DNA of 64,000 nt from positions 160,001 through 224,000 of the forward strand of contig CAWDXE010000003.1 in NCBI GenBank assembly GCA_963806185.1, given 5' to 3'. Positions 10,609-20,827 of this stretch are shown in pieces. Position numbers and translations under genes: made by a program. Position 1 is the first letter of the stretch, and each line of letters starts with the position of its first letter. Under the pieces are notes generated by a model, which ran no database searches, was not told where the DNA came from, and saw only the letters and a list, made by a program, of their open reading frames with translations. The stretch comes from an uncultured candidate division Zixibacteria bacterium (GTDB lineage Bacteria > Zixibacteria > MSB-5A5 > GN15 > FEB-12).

Positions 10609-11391
10609 ATGAAAGACGTTATGATTGCGGCGAGCGCCCGTACCGTCGACGGTAAGGGCGGAGCCCGCCGGACGCGAGCCGAAGGTCGGATTCCCGGGGT
10701 TATCTACGGCCCGGAAACCGAGCCGAAAGCGGTCGCGGTGGAAGAGAAGGAAATGCGCCGCGCCATGAAGATGGGTTCGGGCGCAGGCCAGATTTACACC
10801 ATGGCGATCGATGGCGTGCAGACCAAGGTAGTGCTTCGCGACATCCAACGCGATCCACTCACCACGCGGGCATTGCATATTGATTTCCATGCCATCTCGA
10901 TGACCCGGCCGATCAATATCTCGATTCCGATTCACTTCACCGGCATAGCCAAGGGCGTGAAGTCGGAAGGCGGCATTATGCAGGTCACGCAGCGCGAGCT
11001 GGAAATCGCCTGCCTGCCGGTCAATATTCCGGATCACTTCGAAGTTGACGTGTCCGAACTGGGGATCGGCGATTCGATTCACGTTCGTGACATCTCCATT
11101 CCGAACGTAAAATTCCTCGATGAACTTGACCAGACGATCGTGGTGATTTCGGCTCCGACAATCATCAAGAGTGAGCTCCCGGCGGCGGGTGCGGAAGGTG
11201 CTGTCGAGGGCGAGGTTCCGGCCGAGGGTGCGGCTGCGGCTCCGGGTGCTGCCGGCGCGGCTCCGGGTGCTGCTGGAGCAGCTCCGGCTGCGGCGGGTGC
11301 GAAACCGGCTGCGGGCGCGAAACTGGCTGCGGGCGCCAAGCCGGCTGCAGGTGGCAAGACGGAAGAAAAGAAGGGAGAAAAGAAGAAGTAG
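10609..11391 (+). CDS. rplY: 50S ribosomal protein L25/general stress protein Ctc with Ala/Gly/Pro-rich tail
   Basis: GKGGARRTRAEGRIPGVIYG, DIQRDP, HIDFH, LGIGDSIHVRD. Confidence 0.95.
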   Translation: MKDVMIAASARTVDGKGGARRTRAEGRIPGVIYGPETEPKAVAVEEKEMRRAMKMGSGAGQIYTMAIDGVQTKVVLRDIQRDPLTTRALHIDFHAISMTRPINISIPIHFTGIAKGVKSEGGIMQVTQRELEIACLPVNIPDHFEVDVSELGIGDSIHVRDISIPNVKFLDELDQTIVVISAPTIIKSELPAAGAEGAVEGEVPAEGAAAAPGAAGAAPGAAGAAPAAAGAKPAAGAKLAAGAKPAAGGKTEEKKGEKKK

Positions 11392-11418
11392 TTCTTCTTT
11401 TTCCTTGGAGCGATACGC

Positions 11419-11451
11419 AAACACCGTCGAGGCAACTCGGCGGTGTTTTTT
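11419..11451 (+). terminator. intrinsic terminator after rplY
   Basis: AAACACCGTCGAG-GCAA-CTCGGCGGTGTTT hairpin followed by a T-run. Confidence 0.85.
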
Positions 11452-11520
11452 ATTGAGTAGTGATCACTGTCTCGCAAGGCGTGCCGTGCGATCGCGTGGT
11501 CGAGAGAGCGGTGGACACTG

Positions 11521-11606
11521 AGATCCTGAAGCATAGGAATGCTTCAGGATGACGATTCCAATGGGGCTTCAGGATGACGAGGGAGGGCGAATGATTCGGG
11601 ATGAAG
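11521..11606. repeat. REP-like palindrome with partial direct repeats
   Basis: ATCCTGAAGCAT-AGGA-ATGCTTCAGGAT palindrome. GCTTCAGGATGACGA occurs twice, with a degenerate third copy TTCGGGATGAAGA. Confidence 0.5.
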
Positions 11607-11667
11607 AGGGGGTGGCCGACGCACGAGACGTACGCCGGCCACAAATCGCAATCGGGATGCTTCTACC

Positions 11668-13398
11668 TCACTTCCACACACCCATCGCCTGCCCAATGAG
11701 TGAGGGCGGGATCGAGCCTTCGGCCAGCATGGCGTCGTAGAAATCCTTCTCGGAGAAATCGGCGCCGTCGCGTAATTCCACGGCTTCCTTGAGCCGCTCG
11801 ATCTCCCGTTTCCCGACCAGATAGGTCATCGGCATAGTTGGTTGCATCGTATATTTCCGCACCTGCTTGCGCAAATAGATCTTCTCGGCGTCGGTGTCGG
11901 CGTCGAGTGCTTTCTGCATCCAATCGACGCACTGTTCATAGGTGAACTGGCCAGTGTGCAGTTTCACGTCGGCAATGATGCGCGCTGCGCGGAAGCGAAT
12001 GCCACCCAGGATGCCGAGCCACTGGGCCGGATCCTCGCGTCCGAATATGCCGGTGTCGTACATCATTTCTTCGCAATAGAGCGCCCACCCCTCGATCAGC
12101 AGGTTATTATGCTGCCATTTGCGGACCGGATCGGGATTCATGCCGGCTACCTGCATCTGCAGGTGATGTCCCGGGAAGGCCTCGTGCACGACCGATCCTT
12201 TGAAGCCGCGACGGTGGACGTATCTAAAAAATGCCTCGAGCTGATTGCGATCCAGTGAATCAGGCAGGGGGCGGACATAAAATATTCCGCGTTGATCGCG
12301 ATCGAACGGTCCGGCCGGCTGATAGGCGATACCGGCGACCATGCTGCGAAGGAACGGCGGTGTCTCGATGACGGTGACCGGCGCGATACTGTCGGGTACG
12401 GTAAGAATTTCGTGCTTGTCGAGGAAGATTTTGACCTGTTCGCACTCCCAGTTGTAGTACCGCATGATATCTTCGCGCGTGAAATTGGCCGGCACGAATA
12501 CGGAATCCTGACCGTTCTGGTGATTCTCCTCGACATACGTTTGATATTCACGGAAGTTCTTGTCGGCTTCCGCGAAAAGGGCCTCACCCATGCGCAGGAG
12601 TGAATCGGCATCGAACGGGAGATAATAGAAATTCTTCAGCAGATAATCGAAGGTGGGCTTGCCGGCGGCGAAGAGCGAATCCGAGCCGATCGGCATGGCT
12701 GAGATATACATTTTGAATTCGTTCATCGCCTCGCGGGCGGATGCGGCGGCCGCGCCGATATCATTGGCACGTTTGGGAAATTGTGCACTGAGGTCGGCGG
12801 CGACGTCGCGGAAAAACTCCGCGCCGGACTCGAGGGACTCGACGGCCGCTTCAATGAACACTTTCGGCGGCGGCTGCAGATTTTCGCGGGCCGTCTTAAA
12901 GAGACTGCCAATGTCCTCAAACCGTGATATAATAGCGGAGAGTTTCCCCTGCATGGGAGCTGAGTTCGAGAGCATCAAGAAGTAGATACCATTGACCGCT
13001 TCGTCGACATACAATTGCGGCGATTTGGTGTGCCAGGAGAGCAACTGCAGATCGGCCAGCGCCGAGGCAATATCGGCCTGCAGAAGCTTGACGTCGATCC
13101 GATCCTTCGTCTCCATTCCGGCCTGGGAAAGGGCATTCAGGCGCCGCTGGAAACCCTGTAGATTCCGCACCATCTTGCCGACGGAGGATTTGGAGTAATT
13201 GGCCAGATGGGCATCGTAGTCGTGAATACCCATTTCGGTGGCTGTGACTGGATAGAACGATTGCAGGTTCGTCAGGATTTCGGTGGAGAGTGTCTCGAGC
13301 GGTGAGCGCTTCTCCTTCTTCGTCTTGGCCTCCCCCGTCGGCGCGATCAGCAGGGTGAGCGCTGTAGTCGCAAGGATTATAGCCTTCAGCAAACGCAT
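11668..13398 (-). CDS. DUF885 family secreted protein (putative metallopeptidase)
   Basis: Signal peptide, HEAFPGHHLQ, EGWALYCE, RAARIIADVKLH, YLVGKREI. AAGGAGA RBS. Confidence 0.88.
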   Translation of the reverse strand: MRLLKAIILATTALTLLIAPTGEAKTKKEKRSPLETLSTEILTNLQSFYPVTATEMGIHDYDAHLANYSKSSVGKMVRNLQGFQRRLNALSQAGMETKDRIDVKLLQADIASALADLQLLSWHTKSPQLYVDEAVNGIYFLMLSNSAPMQGKLSAIISRFEDIGSLFKTARENLQPPPKVFIEAAVESLESGAEFFRDVAADLSAQFPKRANDIGAAAASAREAMNEFKMYISAMPIGSDSLFAAGKPTFDYLLKNFYYLPFDADSLLRMGEALFAEADKNFREYQTYVEENHQNGQDSVFVPANFTREDIMRYYNWECEQVKIFLDKHEILTVPDSIAPVTVIETPPFLRSMVAGIAYQPAGPFDRDQRGIFYVRPLPDSLDRNQLEAFFRYVHRRGFKGSVVHEAFPGHHLQMQVAGMNPDPVRKWQHNNLLIEGWALYCEEMMYDTGIFGREDPAQWLGILGGIRFRAARIIADVKLHTGQFTYEQCVDWMQKALDADTDAEKIYLRKQVRKYTMQPTMPMTYLVGKREIERLKEAVELRDGADFSEKDFYDAMLAEGSIPPSLIGQAMGVWK

Positions 13399-13465
13399 GA
13401 TGTCTCCTTTACTTTGTCGCTTCACCTTGGGGGCGCCCCATCCCTGGAACGATGTCCCAGCCGCG

Positions 13466-14818
13466 TCATCGGCTGAATCGGGCAACCAATTCGACATGTC
13501 GCGTGTGCGGAAACATGTCAACCGGCGTCAGGTTATGCAATTGATACCCTGCCCCGACGAGTAATGCGGCGTCGCGAGCGAATGTAGTCGGGTTACACGA
13601 AACATAGACCAACTTCGGCGGTCCGAGTTCGACAACCCGGGGAATAACCTTTGGATGCAAGCCGGCGCGCGGCGGGTCGAGCACCACGATATCCGGCTTT
13701 TGTCGCGTACGGTCGGCAAGGTACGCTTTCACATCCCCTTCCACAAATTCAATATTCTCAACGCCGTTCAGTTGCGCGTTTTCGCGGGCCGCCAAAATGG
13801 CGGCCGGAACCAACTCAACACCGACAACCTCTTTTACACGCTCGGCCGCCAGAATGCCTATCGCTCCCGTACCACAATACAAGTCCATCAGGATCTCGTC
13901 CGGTGACGGCATCATGGCCTCGATGGTCAGGCGATAGAGCGTCTCCGTCTGGACGCTATTGGTCTGGAAAAACGAATTGGCCCGAATGCGGAAAGTCTTG
14001 TCAAACAGTTGCTCCTGAATGTAACCCGGGCCAAATAGTACCTGTTCGGTCTCCCCTACCGCGATGTTCGATTTCTGGCCATTCTGGTTGTGAACGATGG
14101 TAGCGATCGCAGGAAAGGCGGCGAAGAGACCGCCGACGAAATCATCCTGATGCGGCAGATCGCCGAAGTTGGTCACCAGATTGACCATGATCTCACCGGT
14201 TCGTTTGGCCTCGCGGATGGCCAGGAACCGGAGATAGCCTGTGTGCGAACGGATATCGTATACCGGGACTTCCCGACGGGCGGCAAATTCCCGTACCCAG
14301 TGCAGGATGCCATTGGCGCCTTCCGATGTCAGCCAGCACACACCTATATCAAAGATATCGTCAAATCGGCCCCGGCGGTGCAGCCCCAGGGTGAAACGGC
14401 CGTCGCCCTCGGTGTGAAACGAGAATTCCATCTTATTCCGATAATGAAATACTTCTCTGGCCCCGACGATCGGGTGAACGGGGATGCCCGTGAGACCGCC
14501 GATCCGCTCGATCGAATCGGTGACGTGTTTCATTTTGAAACGAAGCTGCTGGTCGTACGCCAGATCCTGCCAGGCGCACCCCCCGCAGATGCCGGCATTG
14601 AAGTGCTCGCACGGTGCCTCGACGCGCAGTTCTGACCTGGTCGTGATTTCTTCGACCAGCCCGACGTTGTAGCGGGGTTTCGACTTGATGATGCGGGCAC
14701 GAACCGTTTCGCCAGGGAGTCCGGCATCGAGAAAGACCACCTTGCCGTCAATATGCCCGACTGATTTTCCGTCAAACGCAAGATCAGTGATTTCTACAGA
14801 TACCAGTTTTTCGGACAA
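13466..14818 (-). CDS. rlmD: 23S rRNA (uracil-5)-methyltransferase RlmD/TrmA family
   Basis: TRAM N-terminus, CEHF...CGGCAWQ Fe-S motif, SFFQTN, DLYCGTG, LDPPRAG, YVSCNP, DMFPHTRHVE. Confidence 0.93.
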   Translation of the reverse strand: MSEKLVSVEITDLAFDGKSVGHIDGKVVFLDAGLPGETVRARIIKSKPRYNVGLVEEITTRSELRVEAPCEHFNAGICGGCAWQDLAYDQQLRFKMKHVTDSIERIGGLTGIPVHPIVGAREVFHYRNKMEFSFHTEGDGRFTLGLHRRGRFDDIFDIGVCWLTSEGANGILHWVREFAARREVPVYDIRSHTGYLRFLAIREAKRTGEIMVNLVTNFGDLPHQDDFVGGLFAAFPAIATIVHNQNGQKSNIAVGETEQVLFGPGYIQEQLFDKTFRIRANSFFQTNSVQTETLYRLTIEAMMPSPDEILMDLYCGTGAIGILAAERVKEVVGVELVPAAILAARENAQLNGVENIEFVEGDVKAYLADRTRQKPDIVVLDPPRAGLHPKVIPRVVELGPPKLVYVSCNPTTFARDAALLVGAGYQLHNLTPVDMFPHTRHVELVARFSR

Positions 14819-14827
14819 TTGCGGCCC

Positions 14828-15745
14828 CTAATGCGAGCGATGATGTTGGTGGTTGCATAGCAGATCAGCCCGTTCGCAGTCGAGACATTCGAGCTGGATG
14901 GTACAGTGGTCGATGCCGAACCGTTGGAGCAGGAGCGCGTTAACCTTCCCCACTAGCTCACCGTTGAGTCGCAAATCATTTTGCTCGACACAGACGTGGC
15001 AGGAGAGCGCGATCTGATGGGAGGACAGGGACCAGATATGAAGATCGTGAACGTCTTTGACGCCTTCCAGGGCGGCAATCGCCGAGTGCACCTGGTCGAA
15101 ATCAATATTTGCCGGGACGCTCTCCAGCAGAATCATGGTCGCCTCTTTGATTACCGAGAACGACGACCAGAGAATGGCGAGCCCGATGAGGGCCGAGAGA
15201 ATGACATCGATGATTGTCCAGCCGGTGACAAGAATGACAATGCCGCCGATAATCACGGCCACCGACGAAGCGGTATCATAGGCCATGTGCAAAAAAGCCG
15301 CCTTCATGTTGAGCGACTTTCCCCGCTCCGACGCGAGGAACCATACGGACAGCAGGTTGCCCAACAGGCCGATGCATGCCACACTGAGGAAGATAACGGG
15401 ATGACTCAACGCCTGAGGGTTGATCAGGCGGTAATACGCTTCTCTGAAGATGAAAATGGCGATGACCACCAACGACACGGCGGAAATAAGGGCGGTCATG
15501 ACCTCGACTCGTTTCAGCCCATACGTCGAAGTCTTCGTGGCGGGCCGCTGGGCTCCGATCACACCCAGCCAGGCAAGGACCAGAGCCGCAACGTCGGAGA
15601 GATTGTGAACGGCGTCCGCGAGCAGAGCCAGATATCCCGACACGAGGCCGCCTATGAATTCAGCCAGCGTGATGACGGCGTTGAGCAAAATGGTCAGGGC
15701 CAGCTTGCCGCGACTGGTCTCAATATGGGGATGTCCGACGCTCAT
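14828..15745 (-). CDS. cation diffusion facilitator (CzcD/ZitB-like)
   Basis: LALLADAVHNLSD, NMKAAFLHMAYD, VHDLHIWSLS, HCTIQLE. His/Cys-rich tail. Confidence 0.9.
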   Translation of the reverse strand: MSVGHPHIETSRGKLALTILLNAVITLAEFIGGLVSGYLALLADAVHNLSDVAALVLAWLGVIGAQRPATKTSTYGLKRVEVMTALISAVSLVVIAIFIFREAYYRLINPQALSHPVIFLSVACIGLLGNLLSVWFLASERGKSLNMKAAFLHMAYDTASSVAVIIGGIVILVTGWTIIDVILSALIGLAILWSSFSVIKEATMILLESVPANIDFDQVHSAIAALEGVKDVHDLHIWSLSSHQIALSCHVCVEQNDLRLNGELVGKVNALLLQRFGIDHCTIQLECLDCERADLLCNHQHHRSH

Positions 15746-15872
15746 ACAATACTATATAACAACTGGAGCGGCCCCAGGGACAGCAGAAATTGACGCTGGC
15801 CATCTTCTCCCCCAGATAGCACAACGGCCCGCCAGAGGCGGGCCGCGTAAGGTCTATATCGGTGCTCTGCAC

Positions 15873-17303
15873 CTAGTACAGGTTGTACTTGGCGATTCGG
15901 TCTCTAAGGGTATTGCGGGAGATGCCCAGGGTCTCAGAGGTCTTGACCTGATTCCCTTCGTAATGTTTGAGGCACGAGGCGATAACTGCTCGCTCCAGCG
16001 CGGATTCGAGGAAATGGTAAATCTGGCCCGGCGAGTTGGTAATCAGCTTGGGCATGATCGGATCGACGATTTTGCGGAAGGTTTCCGTGTAATCGTCCTG
16101 CAGGGTCGTCAGATCGAGTTCGAGTTTCGGTGAGCCCTCGGAGAGGCTTGGGAAATCCTCCGGCTGGAGGGAATCGTTCTTGGACATGACCATGGCCGTG
16201 TGCACGTTGTTTTCCAGTTCGCGCACGTTGCCGGGCCAGCCGTACTTGGTCAATGCCAGGCTCGCCTTCTTGGAAATCTGTTTCGGCGCCACGCCCAGTT
16301 GCTGAGAGAATCTGTTGCGGAAATAATCGGCCAGCAGCGGAATGTCGCCTTTGCGATCGCGAAGCGGCGGAATGAAGATCGACACTACTTTGAGACGATA
16401 GAACAAGTCGACGCGGAAGGACCCTTCCTTCATGGCCTGCACCAGTGACTTGTTGGTCGCTGCAATGATGCGGACATCGACTTTGATGGACTCGTTGCCG
16501 CCCACGCGCTCGAAGCGTTTGTCCTGAAGCACGCGGAGGAGCTTGGACTGAGTCAGCATGGTCATGTCGCCGATTTCATCGAGGAACAACGTTCCTTCGT
16601 TGGCCTGCTCAAACTTGCCGATCCGCTTATAGTACGCGCCGGTAAAGGCCCCCTTTTCGTGACCAAACAACTCGGATTCGAGCAAAGTTTCGGGCAGAGC
16701 CGCACAATTGACCGACAGGAAGGCGTTTCCTTTGCGCTTGGAATTGCGATGGATTGCTCTGGCAACCAGTTCTTTGCCGGTGCCGGATTCTCCAAAGATC
16801 AGCACGGCCGCATCGGTCTTTGAAACTTGCCCGATAAGCTTGGCGATTTCGACGATCTCGGGAGAGGTGCCAACTATTTCATCGACACCGGGCGGCGGAG
16901 CATCCGATTTCACGGACGGCAAGGCCACGGGCAACGGATGAGCAAAGCCGCAGGCCTTGTTAACCGTATCGATCAGCTTATTGATCTCGAATGGCTTGGT
17001 GAGATACTCGTACGCTCCCTCCCGCATCGCCTCCATCGCGTTTTCAGTGGAGACGAAGCCGGAGATCATGATCACCGGAACCTGATCCTGAGCGGCTTTG
17101 ATTTGCTTCAGGACGTCGAGTCCCGACATAGTCGGCAGGTTGACGTCAAGCATCACGAGATCGACCTCCTTGTTGTCGGTCAGGTAGTCGCGTACGTTCT
17201 GACCGTCTTCAAGGAAGTCAAATGTGAACTTGTCCGAGTCGAAGAGGTTAGCCAGCGACCGGGACACTTCCTTATCGTCATCAACCAACAGTATTCGCTT
17301 CAT
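15873..17303 (-). CDS. NtrC/AtoC-family sigma54-dependent response regulator
   Basis: REC domain (LLVDDD...MLDVNLP), GESGTGKE, ESELFGHEKGAFTGA, FLDEIGD, WPGNVRELEN, Fis HTH LGISRNTL. Confidence 0.93.
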   Translation of the reverse strand: MKRILLVDDDKEVSRSLANLFDSDKFTFDFLEDGQNVRDYLTDNKEVDLVMLDVNLPTMSGLDVLKQIKAAQDQVPVIMISGFVSTENAMEAMREGAYEYLTKPFEINKLIDTVNKACGFAHPLPVALPSVKSDAPPPGVDEIVGTSPEIVEIAKLIGQVSKTDAAVLIFGESGTGKELVARAIHRNSKRKGNAFLSVNCAALPETLLESELFGHEKGAFTGAYYKRIGKFEQANEGTLFLDEIGDMTMLTQSKLLRVLQDKRFERVGGNESIKVDVRIIAATNKSLVQAMKEGSFRVDLFYRLKVVSIFIPPLRDRKGDIPLLADYFRNRFSQQLGVAPKQISKKASLALTKYGWPGNVRELENNVHTAMVMSKNDSLQPEDFPSLSEGSPKLELDLTTLQDDYTETFRKIVDPIMPKLITNSPGQIYHFLESALERAVIASCLKHYEGNQVKTSETLGISRNTLRDRIAKYNLY

Positions 17304-17334
17304 GTTTTCACGCACCCTTGGCAGTATATCTCGT

Positions 17335-17362
17335 GTATCGGCGCGGCCGGCCGTTTTTGTAG
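17335..17362 (-). promoter_or_regulatory. putative sigma28 (FliA/WhiG)-like promoter
   Basis: CTACA-N15-GCCGATAC, 31 nt upstream of ATG 17303. Confidence 0.4.
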
Positions 17363-17502
17363 AGGATTTTTGAACAGGGGGTGCAAAAATCAAACGATAT
17401 CAGGAGGAATTTCGGACTAGACTGCCCCGACGTCAGCTCGGGACCCCGGCAATGAAACAGATGAAACAGTTGTCGATGAATAAGTGAGGCAATGATTCGA
17501 CA

Positions 17503-18360
17503 CTAATCGGCGTCGACAAAGGTCAGATATCGAGCAGCGATACCTATCCAGAGAAAGTTGGCGACCATCTCGATGACCAGGCCACCCAGGATGATCCAGT
17601 ACATCAGTTCAGGGCGAAAAGTGCTGACAACACGATCAGAATAGGTATTGATGATTGAGATAATCATCGGACCGGAGACCACCAAAACGGTGAAAACCAG
17701 CGTGGTGAAGGGCTTGCGGAAGAACAGCCGAAAGGAGAGGCCGATTGCCGAAAGCGCATTTACTCGCTTCACGGCCACCGCCGCGATACTGTAGAAAAAC
17801 GGCGCAATCACCAGAGTTAGGAAGCCCGGCATGAGCAGGGCGGAGAAGATGAATACTCGCTTGGGACTATAAAGCTTATTCTGGATCAGATCGGGAATGA
17901 CCAAGCCCAGAACAGTCGTCAGGGCGTTCAAGACAATCCAGGCTATGGCCAATTGCAGCCAGAGCGGTCGCGCCCGGCGAAAGGCATCGGACAAGCGGGA
18001 ATCGCCATTTTCCGAAAACACGTCTACGAACAGCATGGCCAGGGTGCCCAGTATGATACCCTCGACGAAGATACCAATCAGCAGTTTTGCCCAACCGAAA
18101 TACTGTCCAAGAAAATAGAAATGGCCAGGATAATGAAAGAACGGCTCAGGGTTGAGACCAAGGGGCGAGGCTACGAGCTGCACCCACGCCTTGACGACCG
18201 GATAGAAGATCGGCAGAAGAAACGCGTAATGGGCGTACAGGACGGTGACCAACAACGCGAAATACAGGCCCAGCAACAACCAGATTCGCCAGCGCCCCAG
18301 CTGCCGGAGAGTATCCAACAGAAGGGTGAAAAAGAGATTGATTGTATCAACAAGCCCCAT
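17503..18360 (-). CDS. hypothetical multi-pass membrane protein
   Basis: 285-aa ORF with about 6 hydrophobic segments, co-oriented with its neighbours. Confidence 0.75.
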   Translation of the reverse strand: MGLVDTINLFFTLLLDTLRQLGRWRIWLLLGLYFALLVTVLYAHYAFLLPIFYPVVKAWVQLVASPLGLNPEPFFHYPGHFYFLGQYFGWAKLLIGIFVEGIILGTLAMLFVDVFSENGDSRLSDAFRRARPLWLQLAIAWIVLNALTTVLGLVIPDLIQNKLYSPKRVFIFSALLMPGFLTLVIAPFFYSIAAVAVKRVNALSAIGLSFRLFFRKPFTTLVFTVLVVSGPMIISIINTYSDRVVSTFRPELMYWIILGGLVIEMVANFLWIGIAARYLTFVDAD

Positions 18361-18375
18361 GCTAGTTCCGGACCC

Positions 18376-19899
18376 TCACTTGCTGATCTGAATCGTGTTT
18401 GAGCCACTCGCCAAGCCATGCCGGTCAAAGACAAAAACGCGATAATAGACGGTTGGCAATTCGGCAGCATTATTGGAGACCGAGGTAGTTGCTTGCGAGT
18501 TAATGAGGCTGATAAGCTGTCCGTTGAGAGTATCGACCGGCGACGAAGTTCGGCGATAGACCCGATACGATCTGAAATCGCTGTCACCATTCTCCGACCA
18601 GGAGAGATCGACGGTCGCCGTATCGGACAATGCGCCGGCCAGTACCACGGGCGTCGGGGGCGTATTCACCAGCGTGGTGGCACTGTCGACATTCGAGGCA
18701 GCCGATGCGCCGGTGCCGGCAATGGCAAACACCTTGTAGAAGTACTTGGTGTTATCGGTGAGGGACGTGTCGGTGTAACTGAGCGAGGAACCGGCGGCAA
18801 CCGAAGTCACCAGGGTCGACGCGTTGGTAACATTGCGCTGAATATCGCGATACAGACGATAGAATTCGATATTACCGGATGGTGATTCGCTCCAGCCTAT
18901 CCTGATTTCGAAGGTGGACAATGCTTCAGGCTTGTTCAACTTGGGCGCCTGGGGGGCGGGTTGAATGTTGAGGGGAACAGTACTGGAGCGGACGAGCGCC
19001 GTATTACCGGCCGCATCGGTAAAGGTCCCGGACACCAGCTGATTGGATACGACGATATTCACCGGCACGACGTAAGTAGCGGCATAGGTGCCGTCATCAG
19101 CCGTCAGGTCACCGTCGGTTCCGTCATCATATAGAGAATAGTCCTGAACCTCGCCGAAGCTCACCGAGGCCGCACCACCTACTTCACTGGCGGCTACCAT
19201 GAAGATGATAATATCACCGGCGCTGAAAACCAGGCCGGGTGGCTGGAACGAAACGGAGTCGATAGTCGCCTTGGTGTCAAGCGTGATGTCGTCAGTGATC
19301 GTTCCCGTCGACAGCCCGCCGTCAGCAAACAAAAATCGTGCGTAGACGTGCTTCACGCCGTCGGCGGAGGATAGTGTAAAGGGACGGGAGGAAGCGAAAT
19401 TCATCGCCTGCACGCCGGCAAACGTACTGTCTTCGGAAAGATACACGTGCGTGGCGTTGACCGCGGTCAAGGCGATATTAACATCATGCGTGCGCGTGTA
19501 CGGGGCGGCATCCTCAATGGTAATGCCGAGCAGAGGCAGGCGAGTGGTCACCGGAGTAGCCCGCAGACCCTCGATCTTATCGGAGCCAACGGCCGCTACA
19601 GTGAAGGCATACGTGCGATTGTACTGCAGACCGGTGATGGTGATCGTGCGGGCAGCCGTCGAGTCACGCAGGACATAATTGTCTTCGGTGGAATCACCCA
19701 CATAAACGCGGTACCGGCTGACGGCTGCCGCGTCCGAGATCTCCCAGCTCAATGTGACGGCCTGCTGGCCATAGCCGAGGCCGAGATTGTAGGGGGTCGG
19801 AGGCGGATCCGGCAATACGTCCGGATCGCCGACTTTTCGACTGCAACTCGACAGACCGAGTATTAGAAGGGAACAAGAAATGACTATGGTACGACGCAT
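18376..19899 (-). CDS. lipoprotein with fibronectin type III repeats
   Basis: Lipobox LSSC, FN3 signatures (VTLSW...YRVY...GLQYNRTYAFTV; YTDTSLTDNTKYFYKV), acidic LYDDGTDGDLTADDGTY loop. Confidence 0.82.
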   Translation of the reverse strand: MRRTIVISCSLLILGLSSCSRKVGDPDVLPDPPPTPYNLGLGYGQQAVTLSWEISDAAAVSRYRVYVGDSTEDNYVLRDSTAARTITITGLQYNRTYAFTVAAVGSDKIEGLRATPVTTRLPLLGITIEDAAPYTRTHDVNIALTAVNATHVYLSEDSTFAGVQAMNFASSRPFTLSSADGVKHVYARFLFADGGLSTGTITDDITLDTKATIDSVSFQPPGLVFSAGDIIIFMVAASEVGGAASVSFGEVQDYSLYDDGTDGDLTADDGTYAATYVVPVNIVVSNQLVSGTFTDAAGNTALVRSSTVPLNIQPAPQAPKLNKPEALSTFEIRIGWSESPSGNIEFYRLYRDIQRNVTNASTLVTSVAAGSSLSYTDTSLTDNTKYFYKVFAIAGTGASAASNVDSATTLVNTPPTPVVLAGALSDTATVDLSWSENGDSDFRSYRVYRRTSSPVDTLNGQLISLINSQATTSVSNNAAELPTVYYRVFVFDRHGLASGSNTIQISK

Positions 19900-19916
19900 A
19901 GTTGCGAGAGACCTCC

Positions 19917-20708
19917 TCAGAAATGCGCGGTGAATGCGATTTTGACACCTTGCAGGTTGGGGTCGGGAGCGATCGACACCTCGTTGCCTTTGATGTTGAA
20001 AGTGCCCGTTTGTTCGGGTGAGAACAGTAGTGCGTCAATGACGTTTAGGGCCCAGACCCCGGCCACGGCGCCGATGGTAATACGGCGTACGTCCTCAGCA
20101 TCCCGGGCCTCACTGTTGGCTGATTTCACCTGTCCCTGCAATCTTTCCAGTTCCGTATATGATGCCCCTTTGTCGAGCGCCTTCTGGTAATCCGCCTGGC
20201 GGGTCTCGTAGGTGTCAAATTTGTCGTTGAAATCACTGTTCGCGATGAGGAATGCAGCCACTGAAGAAGCGGCGAGAAAATGAAAGAGGACACCCTTCCC
20301 GGAGTGATCCATATAACGCTGGCCCCAGCCCGGGATGACAAGAGATCGAAGGGCCGCTTTGGCGCGCGTCTTGGGTGAAAGCCTGACATCGAAGTTCATG
20401 TCCCGAGTGGGATCGACGGTCAGCCGCGTCGTGAACCTTTCATACCCATATTTGCGCACCACCATTTTGTATTCGCCCACTAATGGGAATCGAAATGTGG
20501 TGGGGGTCACGCCTGTGATTTCGGCCTGGCCCTGCAAAATGACCTCCGCGCCGGGAGGAGTCGACGTAACGGTCAAAGATCCGGGGCCGGCTGAAGCGGG
20601 AGAAGTCTGGGCGAACGCAATAATTGGAGCAAAAAAGACAGCGACCATACAGGCCGTGAATTTCCGTTTCACCAAGCACACATCCTTTGTTATTTCATTA
20701 CGATTCAC
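19917..20708 (-). CDS. PEGA domain-containing protein with DUF5683-like C-terminal region
   Basis: GSLTVTSTPPGAEV...GVTP...GEYKMVVRKYGY, ALRSLVIPGWGQRY, C-terminal Phe. Confidence 0.78.
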   Translation of the reverse strand: MNRNEITKDVCLVKRKFTACMVAVFFAPIIAFAQTSPASAGPGSLTVTSTPPGAEVILQGQAEITGVTPTTFRFPLVGEYKMVVRKYGYERFTTRLTVDPTRDMNFDVRLSPKTRAKAALRSLVIPGWGQRYMDHSGKGVLFHFLAASSVAAFLIANSDFNDKFDTYETRQADYQKALDKGASYTELERLQGQVKSANSEARDAEDVRRITIGAVAGVWALNVIDALLFSPEQTGTFNIKGNEVSIAPDPNLQGVKIAFTAHF

Positions 20709-20769
20709 TTACTTGATGCGTAGGGGGAAGTTAGACTTTTTCAACAATTGGGACAAGCTAAATCTGGCC

Positions 20770-20800
20770 AAAAAAAGAACCACGCTCGCAGCGTGGCTCT
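20770..20800 (-). terminator. intrinsic terminator after the sugar transferase
   Basis: AGAGCCACGC-TGCGA-GCGTGGTTCT followed by a T-run on the minus strand. Confidence 0.8.
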
Positions 20801-20827
20801 GGAAAATTCTGTTTACGTCGCCGGCAA

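Noticed and set aside
11521..11606. CRISPR array
   Set aside because: Only two short partial repeats, no regular spacers, and no cas genes in the window.
17452..17469. ATGAAACAG tandem duplication
   Set aside because: Two 9-nt copies only; compatible with chance.
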